Under the pieces are notes generated by a model, which was not told where the DNA came from, did not search any database, and saw only the letters and a list, made by a program, of their open reading frames with translations. Below are positions 1-11,800 of a DNA stretch of 64,000 bases, piece by piece. Numbering within the stretch: the stretch's first letter is position 1; every line of letters starts with the position of its first letter. The position numbers and the translations under genes were made by a program. The DNA is taken from positions 88,600,001-88,664,000 of the forward strand of contig NC_045696.1 in NCBI RefSeq assembly GCF_009834535.1, read 5' to 3'. The DNA comes from Camelus ferus. Its lineage: Eukaryota.

Positions 1-725
1 ATAGGGCCCTGATAGAAGATAAAAAGTAAGAAAACCTAAAGCTACCTCCTCCCTTAGGACCTGCTTGAGAAACACACTGAGGAATTCAGTGTATTTGTTG
101 AAGTGAAGAACTTCCTGCAAAGGCCTTTTACTCCATTTTTCATATTCTTAGAAAACCTGAAGGAGCCCTAAATAATTCACACTCTCTTTCCTGGGTTTGG
201 TTTCTTGATGTGTGTTCAATTTTTTTCCTCCATGACAGTAAATGGCTTTCCTTTTGAGATCACCAATTACTCTGACACTAATGGCTCAATTAAATCATAG
301 GTGTAACTTTTAGGTACCATCTATATTAAGAAGAATAAAATAAGCTCAATAGGAGGTAACCCTCCAGCTACTTCCTAAACTGCTTACAGCACATTTCCCG
401 CCCTTTTTAAAAGCTATTTCTCCAAAAAGTACATTATAGTACTTGGTGTGTCTTCACAGAGGCAGCTTTGCTTGGGCTCAGCTCTCAGGAATGTCTAATG
501 TAGAGCTGTGTCAGGCAATCACAAAGCAAAGGCTGACAAATTAATGCTGCCCCTTTTTCCTCACCTCCTTTGGGAAAGTTGTACATGACTGCCTGCCCCT
601 TGTAAATGGATCTGCAGGCCCCCAGCTTTAACTGATGCCCAAATGGATGCATTAAACAGCTGGCTGAGTTGCCCCTTCCCCTCTTCTCCGCTTGCTGGTC
701 CACTTTCTACTTGTAAGTGCTCTTT

Positions 726-876
726 TAGTAATTTTTTTTTTTGTTTTGGTATTTTGTGGGGGGTGGTGGTGGTAATTAGACTTATTTATCTATTTTTTTA
801 ATGGAGGTACCGGGATTGAACCCAGGACCTTGTGCATGCTAAGCACGTGCTCTACCACTGATCTATACCCTCCCCC
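726..876 (-). mobile_element. tRNA-Ala-derived SINE (camelid vic-1 type) with 12-bp TSD
   Basis: Reverse complement is GGGGGAGGGTATAGATCAGTGGTAGAGCACGTGCTTAGCATGCACAAGGTCCTGGGTTCAATCCCGGTACCTCC with A/B boxes and an A-rich tail. TSD TAAGTGCTCTTT at 714-725 and 879-890. Confidence 0.9.
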
Positions 877-1924
877 TCTAAGTGCTCTTTCTACGTGGTA
901 GAAACACATGCTCATTGGAAAGCTGTTGGGGTTTCTAGTAAACTGTAAGAACAAATAAAACCTTTGCTGGTCTTAGGTTTAACTCTAAGGAGATCTAAGA
1001 AGCAAGAGGTAACTGTCTCAAGGCCTGAAGCACGACACTTCTGCTGGACAGTCCACCCACTTACAGGGAGACTCGGCTCCTCCCAAAGGGAGAAGGAGGC
1101 ACTGTTAATTCCCACTGCCCATGCCGTGGGGTTCTTGAGTGTGCGACAGAGTGCCAACCTCAACCCAGTGAGCTTGTTCTCCTCACAATTCCCTCAGACA
1201 CAAGGCATCACATACTGCTTTATCCTTAACAAGGGAGTATGCAGGTCATTTGTTCACGCCCAAACTTAAAAAAATTATAAACAATTTGAAACATAAATAA
1301 TACACAAGCGTAAAGGTAAATAATGTGAGGAAGGACTCCCTCTCCTGCTAGTTCGATCCTTCACCTTTTCCCACTAGGACACATGATGAATATTTAGGTT
1401 AATGACGCTCTCTGAGACAGCATGAAGTACTATTTTGATCTCTTCAAATCATGCAGCTGCTTTCCCTGGAAGCTTCTCTGTGCTAAAGCCCAATCTACTG
1501 AACTGTGTATGAACTTGTTCTTCAATTCAAATAAAAACATTAATAGAGCAAATGCAAATCATATCTTACTTCCTCCTCTAAGTTGTGTTCAGCTTTAATT
1601 AAGGCTAATAAAAATATCTAGGTGATCTTATTGAGGACCCCTGAATGATGGCTCAGGAGCTTTCCTTCCAAAATCTAGTTTTGCTTCACTCATACAGTCT
1701 CACTCCCCAACCCACCAACAAATGTATGTCCAGACACACCCATGTGCAGATGCCAGAACGCTAAGCGATGGTCTTCTTTTAGTCAGATAAACAATATATA
1801 CAATATACTATAAACAACACACGGGCTGCCTGAGGAGAAAGGAGAAAGAGACAGAGCAAGCAAAAGGTTTGAGAAGAAGCCACATGCAACCTTGCACAAA
1901 CCACAGCTACCTGAGTTTTCACTG

Positions 1925-2095
1925 TCAAGAGACCAGAATTATAGTTATAGAAATGGAAGGTATCTATGAGGTCCTGCTCAAGCCTTTGATGGACAGCAAA
2001 ATGGGCTTCAGGGAGGTTTGGTGACTTCCTCAAGATTGCATATCTGGTTGGCAGCAGAACTAGGAATAAAATCTGAGTCTTTTGGCTCCAAGACC
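1925..2095 (-). mobile_element. MIR/MIR3 SINE remnant
   Basis: Degenerate MIR core (…gggaggtttggtgacttcctcaagattgcatatctggttggcagcagaactagga…). Confidence 0.55.
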
Positions 2096-2459
2096 TCTTT
2101 TAGTTATAGCACAAAGCATCTTTATTTTTATAATAGTCAAAACTTAAAAATAAACCATTTGGATGAAAACCTTTCAAACCAGTTTATGTAACTTTTTATA
2201 TACAGAATATAATTAACACTATTGAACCATTTTTTTGTGTGAATGAAGGTCACCATTATGAAGATCGATAATGTCAACTCTGTAATACAGGGTCTGTGAA
2301 TGCATTCACAGGGGATAGGACAACTGCTTTTTATGGACTTCTGTAGATTTTCTCTTTGCTCTTATTCCTTGCTACTCTCAGATGCTCTAAGTATCATCCC
2401 CTTTCCCTGCCTTCTAATTCTTCACTCATGTTTTCTGAAGTCTGTTCTCTAGAGTATTA

Positions 2460-2840
2460 TGAAATGCAGACAAATGTACGTATTCATCGCAGTATTATTC
2501 ATAACAGCAAAAACAAAACCAAACATAATTGCCAACGTAGGAAATGTTTGGTGAGTAGTACTTTCAAAGAATAGAATATAATGCAGCCATTAAAATTATC
2601 TTCACATGAAGAAGTTTTAATAAAATGAGGTAATAATGTTAAGTGAAAAAAGCAGGATATAAAACTGCAAGATATCAACTACATCTCAGAAATGCTTGGA
2701 GTGAAGGGAATATAACAAAATGTTTACAATGGTACGATAATAGAGAATTATTCTTCTCTTACTATACCATTCTACTTATTTCTATGTATTTCTGCAATGA
2801 AAGTATAATACTCAAATTCAGAAAAAGAATTTTAAAAAAG
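2460..2840 (+). mobile_element. Old LINE-1 (L1ME-like) 3' fragment
   Basis: Motifs 'tattcatcgcagtattattcataacagcaaaa', 'gaatataatgcagccattaaaa' and 'aatgttaagtgaaaaaagcagg'. Confidence 0.6.
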
Positions 2841-2888
2841 AAAATGTCACATAGGAAAATATAACCTAATTGGTCAGAACTATATTTA

Positions 2889-2911
2889 ATATATATATAT
2901 ATATATATATA
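2889..2911. repeat. (TA)n microsatellite
   Basis: Directly visible AT dinucleotide run. Confidence 0.9.
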
Positions 2912-3869
2912 GGTCCTGGGTGAGAAACTATAGCCTCTGCAACATGGTATGGTTGTTCATGTCTTTTGCTTCCTTCCCATTCTCCGCCGGATTTCAGATA
3001 TGTCAGGTTGCTGGATAGATGAACTGTGAATGAGCAGAGCATTAAGATATGTATGTATTTAAAGGGGAACAGAGGACACTGAGAGGGAAAGACAGAAAGA
3101 AAAGAGGGAGAAAAGATTTTGAGCCAATGCTTTCAGAAAAGCATCTAAGAATTTTTTCATTAATTGGTTTTTAGAAGTTTAGAAGTCACAGATGGTGGTA
3201 ACTGTCATTAAGTCACTCAGGCTGATTTATCAGTGGATAAGCATTAAAGACAAATTAACCTCTCTAGAGACCAGGGTATCATCTAATTAACAATTAACCA
3301 CTTCCTAAAACTGGGAGAACTGAATTGAGAATGCAAAGAAGTAAAAACTGGGGTAGCAGGGGAAGAAGCTAAGCAGTTCGAAGCACATGAGTGTCTCAAT
3401 GGAGATGTTTATATCTGAAGGTATTGGATACTATTACCAATTTTCTAACCTGATTCCTTTGTATTATGATGAAATATTTTTCTGTTAAGTAGCAATGACT
3501 TTTCATATTTTCTCCTAATTTTTCTGAATGAAATCATTCATATATAGATAGCGGAGGAGGAGGCAGTGACCATTTGATTTTACAACACACAGTGACATTC
3601 ATTTATTCATCCGTACACACAACCCCCCTGAACATGTCACCTCATGCAGGAATGACCAAGGGCAAGCTGAGCCTGGAGTGGGTACTATAACAAACAGATG
3701 CTGCTTGGCTTCTCAAAGCCTCTGAAGATCATTTTAAAAACTTCGCCTCTGCCTTCCCAAACACTACATGTCAGAAAAAACTCTAATTGTACTTTAAGGT
3801 GGTCTGAGCCATGGACGAGATCCAAATCTGTTCTCATTCACCATTGGTGGCATTTACAATATGATTTCA

Positions 3870-4050
3870 AAGGACTTTCCCAACATGACATAATTTATTA
3901 TCATAATAACCCCCTGAGATGTTATTAGCCCAACTTTATACATGAAGAAAGAGAGGCTCTAAGCATTAATCACACCGGTACTGAGCTAGAGGAAAGGCTG
4001 GGAATTTAGATCCTCTAAGTTTCAATCCTGTAGTTACTTCCACTGCTTCA
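3870..4050 (-). mobile_element. MIR remnant
   Basis: 'cataataacccc…tattagcccaactttatacatgaagaaagagaggctct' is the reverse complement of the MIR core. Confidence 0.6.
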
Positions 4051-6095
4051 TGCCACAGAGTTTATTGATAGATTAATTCCATGCCAAAGTATTTGGCCTA
4101 AGGGTCATGTACCAGTGGACCTCTGTAGATTAATCTTGCTCAACAGCTGTGCAGGTGAATGGAAAATTATCCCTGCAGAAGGAAACGCTGAGTGGTGGGA
4201 GGCTGCAGCTGATGGTAATTCCCACCTTGGTGTCTGCTTAGGCCCCTTTATCACATAAACTGCACCTCTCTCCTCACAAATCCACATTCATCGCTTGTCC
4301 TTCGGGTGTAAGCAAATGCCCTCCCTTAAAGAATTCCATTCACAACTTGAGCCACTTCCACTATTCCTTGGCTCCACATCCCCTCAGCTTAACTTGAATA
4401 GCTTATGGATATTCCAGAGTGTACTTATTCCCAGATCCTTGGGAAGTTTTCTCCAGGAGTCACGTATCTATGTTTGAGCTCCCAGCTAGGCTTCACTAAG
4501 ATCTCTTTTCTCTGTCTCAGAATCCTCCCCACCTTTTCTCTACTCTTTCCTCTTTCTTCCACTGCCTAGTATATTGCTATGCATTCAACAAATGCCTACT
4601 GAGTGAGTAAGAACCTGCATTGAAAGCCCAGCTTGATTAGTAATTAGGAGGTTGGAGTCCCAGGTTTATAACCAAGTAACTGTGTTAATGCAGGCAAGTC
4701 TGTGGGTCTCAGTTTTCACATTATAACATGGTTATGGGGACAGGAAGTGGTGGACTATTTGAGCTCTAGGCTCTCTGAGATGCTATAAATATTTAAATAT
4801 TATTTTGATTGGGCCGATCACAGCCTTACTTTATTTCACTAAGGATGAGAAAGGAGATAAATGGGAATTTCAAAGAGAAGAATGTTAAAAACAAGACAAA
4901 TACAGAGACCAAATACCTCAACACCCAACAGGCAGATGAAAGTCAATATATGTGAAAAAACTGATAAAGCAAAGGAGAATCAGAGAGAGAAGAGGTGTCC
5001 TGGGCAAGGCTAGAAATGTGGCTCCTGCCAGGAGGGATGTAAGGGGGTCAGAGGGCAGCATGTAAGTGGGGACAGCTTAATAACTAGAAAACTGCATTAG
5101 TGGTTGGGCATGGGTGGCCTTTTTTAAATTTGCTATTCTGTTTGCTATTCAAGCTTGAAATCAAATGTTAAGAATGTCAGTGTCGAGACCATTTATATCA
5201 TGGAGAAGAAAATAAGATGCATAATAGCAACTTCCTTGTAGAAATAAAAACAGAAGTTCCTGTTATTAAAATAGGGATTAATACTACCAACATTTGACCA
5301 TTGGAAACGTATCTTCCCAACTTTTTCCTCCTTTTTTTTTTTTTTTTGTTGCGGGGGGTGGGAAGATGACAATTTTAATCAGGGTACATTTCCCAAGTAA
5401 GTTTAATTTTACTAAAGATTTTAATAATTCAAGTAATACTGCACCAGTTTCATTAAAATTAGGTTTTAGCTCACAGGTCATGTAATAGATAAAAACGATG
5501 TCATGAGGAGGTCTATCTATGCCTTCCCTAAGCAGCTCCCTCAGACAGGATAAACTTTTGGATGGCAGTGAACTGAAGTGTCCAGTGTGGTGTTAGGGGC
5601 TAGCATTCATCTGAGGAGCTAAAGGAAAAGAAAGCCAAGTTCAGCTGGAAATTTTAAGAAAAAGAATGGGACCTCTTTAGAAAAAAATCTCTGAAATTAA
5701 AAAATAATACTTGAAGCAAGTAACAGTTCTTAGATTATCGGATATAAAAGTTTTCAGCTGATATCCAAACCTGAAGTGACACGTTAAAAGATTAAATCAA
5801 TAGGAGCACATGCTTGAGAAAAGGCCAGAAAAAATTCCATCTAACAATGAGCAAAAAATTTAAAAGGGATTTGATTTTTAAGAGCCATTATTAGACATCT
5901 CCTGACAAAATCTTTGATAACAAAACTACAGAGAAGAAATTTACTGTTAATCCATGTTATATAACTTAGAATCTAGTTTGCCCTTTATCTTCTACCAAAG
6001 AAAAGGGTCTAAATTTGACCCAAATCTAAACAGAAATTTCTGCAGGGAGTAAAAAATTATGTGTGTGTGTGCATGTGTATTAAAGATGAACATAC

Positions 6096-6270
6096 CTGCT
6101 TCATCATAGGATACCGTTAATTTTTCTAGCATTTCTCGGTCAATGGATAGAATCTGCTGTTCAAGGATGGTCTGGTAAGACAGTACACTATTTTCTTTGT
6201 CTTTCTCGTAGTCTTGAAGATGCTGTTTAAGGGCCTCTGGGAGTCGAGATTTTACATATTCAGCTGCTGT
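6096..6270 (-). CDS. PPM1L: Internal coding exon (exon 2) of protein phosphatase 1L / PP2C-epsilon; 175 nt, starts in phase 0 and ends in phase 1
   Basis: The translation TAAEYVKSRLPEALKQHLQDYEKDKENSVLSYQTILEQQILSIDREMLEKLTVSYDEA(G) is recognised as the PPM1L segment between the DGHGGE and GTT motifs of the PP2C domain. Canonical minus-strand splice sites: acceptor TCTACTTCTTTTATCTGCAG|ACA (CAG at 6273-6271) and donor GCAG|GTATGT (GT at 6095-6094). Confidence 0.96.
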
Positions 6271-6302
6271 CTGCAGATAAAAGAAGTAGAGAACCCCATT
6301 AG
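6271..6302 (-). promoter_or_regulatory. PPM1L: Branch point, polypyrimidine tract and 3' splice site of the PPM1L exon
   Basis: Minus strand reads GCTAATGGGGTTCTCTACTTCTTTTATCTGCAG. The CTAAT branch motif is at 6302-6298, about 29 nt upstream of the exon. Confidence 0.8.
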
Positions 6303-8121
6303 CATTTCTCATCTTGGGCTTTTCCCTGCCCCTCAGGTGCTGTAGTGAGAACTCAAAGCATCGTGGATCCACACCTTTAGATGAGCATGCCCTTGTCACT
6401 GCTATTTGTAGACCCCACTCTACCAAGTAAGGGGGGATCTTCAAATACATAGAATCACAGGCCTCTGAGGGTTTTCTACCAGGTTTAAAAGGTATAAGAG
6501 ATGATGGATTGGCACTCATGGAGTTAGAACTCAGCATTTCAACTATTACACTGAACCTGGAAGGCCCTGTGATGGTCATCTTGCTGGATATAAATCTGGT
6601 TCATCCTTGTCTAGAATGCAGAAGCTAGTAATTGTCTCAGCAGCAAGTGCTCCTGTGCTGTGGCATCCACACCTCTGCTTTGTTGTTCTCGGCTCATTAA
6701 TGCTTATGCAGGAACTCTCTGAAGTGAATAAAAAGGAAAGCCCTCCACTAGGGCTGATGATGGGATAGTGGGAGAAACAGAAAACAAAGAAATCTAAGAC
6801 AATGATGCCCCTTAACCTGAAAAAAGAACTGTTCACCACTCAAGTGTTCATCCCTTGTCTTGGCCTTTATATATATTATTCTGAACTTTTTTTCCCCTCC
6901 GCTTCTACACTATCTGCACAATGTACTCCCCGCTAGTAACATCTGAAATTAAATGCAGTGACTTTCAACCAGGTAAGCATGCCTCCCTTGGAGGCAGAAA
7001 GGAAGGAAGGCATCTGTACTTTGAAAAAGGCCTTGCCAAAGATTCTGGTACATTATTCTGGTAAACTAGGGCCATGGCACTCTCCTCCCTTCCAGTTGAG
7101 AATCCCAGAGAACTAGAACTTTAAGGGACAAATTAAGTGATAGAGAGGAATGTATGACTCAGGGGAATCGAAATTCTTAAAAAAGCATATCTCTTGAGAA
7201 TGCCAAGAGTCTGGCACCTCCCTGCAGTGCAGTCCTGCCTCATATGTATAGGGTCTAAAGTTGACAACATAAATGTAGCATACATGTATCATTTAAAATT
7301 ATACTCACAATCACTAGAAAACTGACAGAAGAAAACTGTTAAACAGGACTGTCTCTGGGATGTGGGCCTAGAATAAGGCAAAGACACATCTACATAGCGC
7401 AATATTAAAAAAAAATTCCTGTAATTTAAAATATTATCTTAAAAATGTTATTTTTTGTAACCTTCATAGTTTTCCTTCTAAATGTTAGCACAATTTAGGA
7501 TGAAAAGAAACTTGCCAGGACAATGACCACCGACTTTTCAGGAAAACTCGACTGGGAAGTGGTGGGAGTTTCTGTCTTCAGAGCAACCAAGTAAAGCACA
7601 CAACACTTTTAATTTCCAGATTTATATTTAGATCCCCTAAGTAGGCTGCTGATGAAATTACAGCTTAAAAATATCACCAAACACGATTCATTTTCTCTGC
7701 CAGCCAGCCAGTGCAGAACAAATAAAGTTATTCCATAAAAGTAAATGGACTCAGCACATTAGCACAACATATTTAATTCTAGAGTTTAATAACAATTTCT
7801 CCTGACAATGGAAAATGCAGAGACACACTGCCAAATAACTATTTTAAAACTCATACTACCTCACTATTCAGTGTAACATCTGTCTAATTTTTTTCCTTGG
7901 AAATATCTCTGAGGTACAGGGAGCAATTCCACAATGCACATTTTACAAATATTGGTGTTCTCTGTATGACTGAAAGCATACCACACATTTCCTTCTCATT
8001 GTGTCCACTGATTTACTCTTCTAATTAAAATCATAATGTAGGTCTTTGAGTAGAGACTATATCCTTTACTATATTGGAGTTAAATTTTGGCATTTCATTT
8101 CTAGAACAATAACTGCACGTA

Positions 8122-8195
8122 CAGTCAGCCCCCTGTATCTGCGGATTCCACTCTGTGGGTTCAGCCACCTGCAGACTGAAAATACCCGGAAAGAA
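8122..8195. mobile_element. MER2/Tigger-like terminal sequence (possibly carried within an L1 5'UTR)
   Basis: TA-CAGTCAGCCCCCTGTATCTGCGGATTCCACTCTGTGGGTTCAGCCACCTGCAGACTGAAAATA resembles the MER2-group end CAGTCGGCCCTCCGTATCCGTGGGTTCC…GATCGAAAATA. Confidence 0.6.
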
Positions 8196-8449
8196 ACCCT
8201 GCCCGCCCGTCCAGGCAGGCGCCCTCAGCCAGCACCAGAGCCCCTCCCAGGTGGCCCCCTGTCTCGCCAGTCCAGTCGGCACACCTGTCAGGCAATGGCA
8301 TCCCTGCGAAGCGACTCCTGCCCCAGCGGCCAGCCCTGCAAACCAGAACGCCTGCAATAGTTACAGCCGGGCATACAACCAGCTTCACTGGGGGTCAGCC
8401 CTGCAAACTACATGCCCACAGCAAGTGTGGCCCAGCTACAACAGGAGGG

Positions 8450-9017
8450 CCATTTTCTTACAGCATATACAAAACTAAACTCAAAATGGATTAAAGACTT
8501 GAACGTAAGACCTGAAACCGTAAGATTCCTAGAAGAAAACATAGTCAGTATGCTCTTTGACAATGATCTTAGCAATATATTTTTGGCTCTGTCTCCTGAG
8601 GCAAGGGAAACAAAAGCAAAAATAAACAAGTGGGACTACATCAAACTAAAAAGCTTTTGCACAGTAAAGGAAACCATCAACAAAACAAAAAGGCAACCTC
8701 CTGAATGGGAGAAGATATTTGCAAATAATGTATCTGGTAAGAGGCTTTTATTATCTAAATTATACAAAGAAGTCATACAATTTTATTTTTTAAAATCCAT
8801 TTAAAAAATGGGTAGAACTCTGAGTAGACATTTCTCCAAAGAAAATCAACAAACACATGAAAACATGCTCAACATCACTGATCATTGGGGAAATGCAGAT
8901 CAGAACCACAGTGAGGTTATCACCTCACACCTGTCAGAACTGCTATCAAACAGACAACAAATAACAAGTGTTGGCCAGGATGTGGACTAAAAGGAACCCA
9001 TCTACGCTGTTGGTGGG
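8450..9017 (+). mobile_element. LINE-1 ORF2 C-terminal fragment, disrupted, no poly(A)
   Basis: ORF 8412-8804 contains YTKLNSKWIKDLNVRPET…KAKINKWDYIKLKSFCTVKET…EWEKIFAN, typical of L1 ORF2p. Frameshifts and stops follow. Confidence 0.95.
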
Positions 9018-9879
9018 AATTACTGCACAAGTAATAGATAATACAAAGAGCAATTTAAATTTTAAAATTTCACTGGCACTCTAAAAATGAAGTGAAAAAA
9101 TAAAACATAGGATTACTTATCTAGTCTTTAATCAGTGATAAGCGCTATTAAGTTTAAGTCCCAAATGGAACATTCTTGTAAACGGACTATTCCAGAAACA
9201 GTAATATTGTCAGAGCATTATCAGTGTCTTGCATTTGTGCTGTGCTTTATACTTTCCTGAGCATTTAGGCTGTTATCATTCTGCATTTTCACAATAGCTT
9301 TGAGGGAAAGAAGCAAATTATGTGTTTGGCCAGTCCTGCACATCCTTCAAAGTTGGCTCAAATGCTATAAACTCTATCAGTGAACCCACTTCATAGCAGC
9401 CAACAGTCTTTTAAGCATTTATAGAGGTATAGGTATTTTAGCTCTCCAGTCTGGCTGAAGTGAAGCCTGTATCTTATACATCCTCGTGTTTCCCCAGCAT
9501 CCAGCTCAGTGCTTGGCACCATAGAAGCTTAATATCTTCACTGTATCCAAGAATTGGGGACTTTGAGATAGCCTTTGGAGAAAACTTTGTGTCAGCTCAT
9601 AATTCTTTGCCTGTAATCAGAACTTCCTTTCATGTTCTACGTGGAACATAAGAGTCTGGTTTTCTCCTGGCAAATGGAACTATATTTGGTCTTTAATTAC
9701 CATTGATGCCATTATTTTAGGAAGTAAACAGCTGAAACCCAAGTCATCATTTACATGCCAAAATGGTAAATTACATACTTCACATACGAGGCTGTATATG
9801 AAGCTTTATTTAACAACTTCCTCTCCATAATTGTTTAATCTTCTCCATTTTTGCCTCTATTTCTTCATTTGGCAATGGA

Positions 9880-10165
9880 CCCAATTCCGCTAGGGACCCT
9901 CTGAGCAGTCATGTTTGAGTGTCTCAGAAGTGTGCCCTGAGTTAAAGATTGCCTTGTGGGGATGTTAACTCCACCGGGACGTTCAGGTTTTTTGCTTGTC
10001 TGAACTGCTGAGTAGGTTCCCAAACACACCCCAGATGGTGGCAGAGAAGCCCCAGGGCAGAAAGTGGAAGATACAGGCTCATAGGTTCCTCTGGTTACAC
10101 CTGAGAAGGTGATTAACAGCTGGAATACAAAGATGAGCTATGAGGTAGGACACAAAAGGTGCCAA
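9880..10165. mobile_element. Possible old ERVL-class LTR remnant
   Basis: 'ggcagagaagccccagggcagaaag…ttacacctg…tatgaggtaggacacaaaaggtg' resembles the recalled LTR33/LTR16-type consensus. Family is uncertain. Confidence 0.4.
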
Positions 10166-11149
10166 AGCACCTTCCTACAGAATGTGCATTCATTTATATT
10201 ACCCATGCCAACTTCAGTCTGGATGACAGTAAAGGGCAGTAAGCCCTGTAAAAAGGACTCGGTGGATGACAGGATAAAAGCAGCAGGATGATTAAGGCTA
10301 TAAATTCTGAGTACTGAGTAGGTAGGATGCTGATAATGGTAATTATGCTAAAACATTATTTACTATAACAGTTGCGTGTTCTTTAAGAAATAACCAATGT
10401 ATATGTAAGAATTTGACAGGGGGAAGGGGGAGTGCAAAAAAAGTGTATTTTTAAAGCTGCTAAATGCTTCATAATTCATCTTAAAAAGGAAACCCATCAG
10501 CCAGCCAATTCCAATTTATTGAATGTCTGCTGAGTAAAGCACATTAGATTGGACACTGTTGGGAGGACAAACGTCTGCCATAAACCTATGTGCAGTTTTC
10601 ACACACAAACACGCACAGGTGAAACACTAGAAAAACGCATTTTACAAACCAATACAAACATAGGCATGAATCTTGAGATGAATTAACATTTATTTAATAT
10701 ATGAACTTTAGTACATGCTGAGTGGCCTCTAGGGAGAGAAATTAAAGAGAGGGCACAAGAAAAAAAAATGAAGAAATCATTCCAGTGGAGTTTAAAGATC
10801 AGTTTTCAAGTAAGAAGTACTGGCTGGAGGAAAGAAAAGCAATCTAGAAAGTAGTACATGTGAGTTCATGGGGAGAAATAATTAAAAAAAAAAGTTGATG
10901 AAATGAAGCATGTGAGAGAGCTGGCACTTGGAGAAGTCTTAACTCCCTGTTCAACCAGGGCGTTTTGATTTGTAGCACTTAGTAACAGGAAACAACTGAA
11001 ACATCAAAAAGCGTGAAAGACGTTATTCAATCTTATCTGAAGATGAATGTGCTTGGAGCTAAATTTAAAATGCACTGAAATAAAAGAAGATTAAAGTGAG
11101 GAAACAAGCAAAAAGTCTGAAGGAAAGAAAAACTGGCCCTCTACACTAG

Positions 11150-11590
11150 GATTAGAATATAAATTGAACCATCTTTTCAGACAGTAAATTAAAAAATGAA
11201 ACGAAAACTTCAGTTTACACTTTTAACCTAGTAATTGTCTGTCTAGGAATTCATTTTACGAAAAGTTAAAGATGAGCATAAAGACTTGTGTGCAAACATG
11301 TTTATCAGAATATAATTCATGACAATGAAAATTTGTGTAGAAATTGGTTGATTACATTGTTGGACAGCCATGCAATGCAATACAATTTGAAAGAATACTA
11401 ATTACGTGGGAAGGTGTTCATAATGAAGAACAAATTACATAGCAGTTTGTTTACTACCTGTATGAGGGTAAAGTGGCTGAATTATATTAAAATGTATAAT
11501 TAGTTATCTCAGAGTAGAAAGAGTTTGAGTAATATTTTTTCTCTATGCAGTTGTCTGTATTTTCCAAATTTTCTAAAATAAAAAAAAAAT
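11150..11590 (+). mobile_element. Old LINE-1 (L1ME-like) 3' fragment
   Basis: 'ttttaacctagtaatt…tctaggaatt', 'acatgtttatcagaatataattcatgacaatgaaaatt' and an A-rich end. Confidence 0.6.
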
Positions 11591-11599
11591 AGAAAAATG

Positions 11600-11800
11600 G
11601 CCACTTTCTATGTGCCAAGCACTGTGCTGAATGCTTCACTTGTGTTCGCTTATTTCATCCTCACAACAGCCCTTTGAGATTTTTACAGATGAGGAAACAG
11701 ACTCAGAGAGGTTAAGTAATTGAGAGGCTAAGTAATTTATCCCTGGTTATGCAATGAATGGTAGATTGGAGCAGGAAACTACCAATCACTTTTGAACCAG
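11600..11800 (-). mobile_element. MIR
   Basis: 'tatgtgccaagcactgtgctg…tcctcacaacagccctttgag…ttttacagatgaggaaacagactcagagaggttaagtaa'. Contains a 16-bp internal duplication. Confidence 0.85.

Larger units (their letters stand above)
1..6095 (-). other. PPM1L: 5' portion of the PPM1L intron downstream of the exon (intron 2)
   Basis: Follows the GT donor at 6095. The next exon (TTCLIALL...) is not present in the window. Confidence 0.8.

Noticed and set aside
2294..2311. Perfect 18-bp palindrome CTGTGAATGCATTCACAG
   Set aside because: Expected about 64000/4^9 = 0.24 times per window by chance (more with AT bias), with no other supporting feature.
5992..6579. 195-aa ORF extending on both sides of the PPM1L exon
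   Set aside because: Only the central 58 codons match PPM1L and they are bounded by canonical splice sites. The flanks translate the polypyrimidine tract and a CA repeat, so this is chance intronic read-through.
8031..8478. Four overlapping 75-108 aa ORFs on both strands
   Set aside because: Explained by stop-codon scarcity in the GC-rich repeat-derived block. No recognisable protein.
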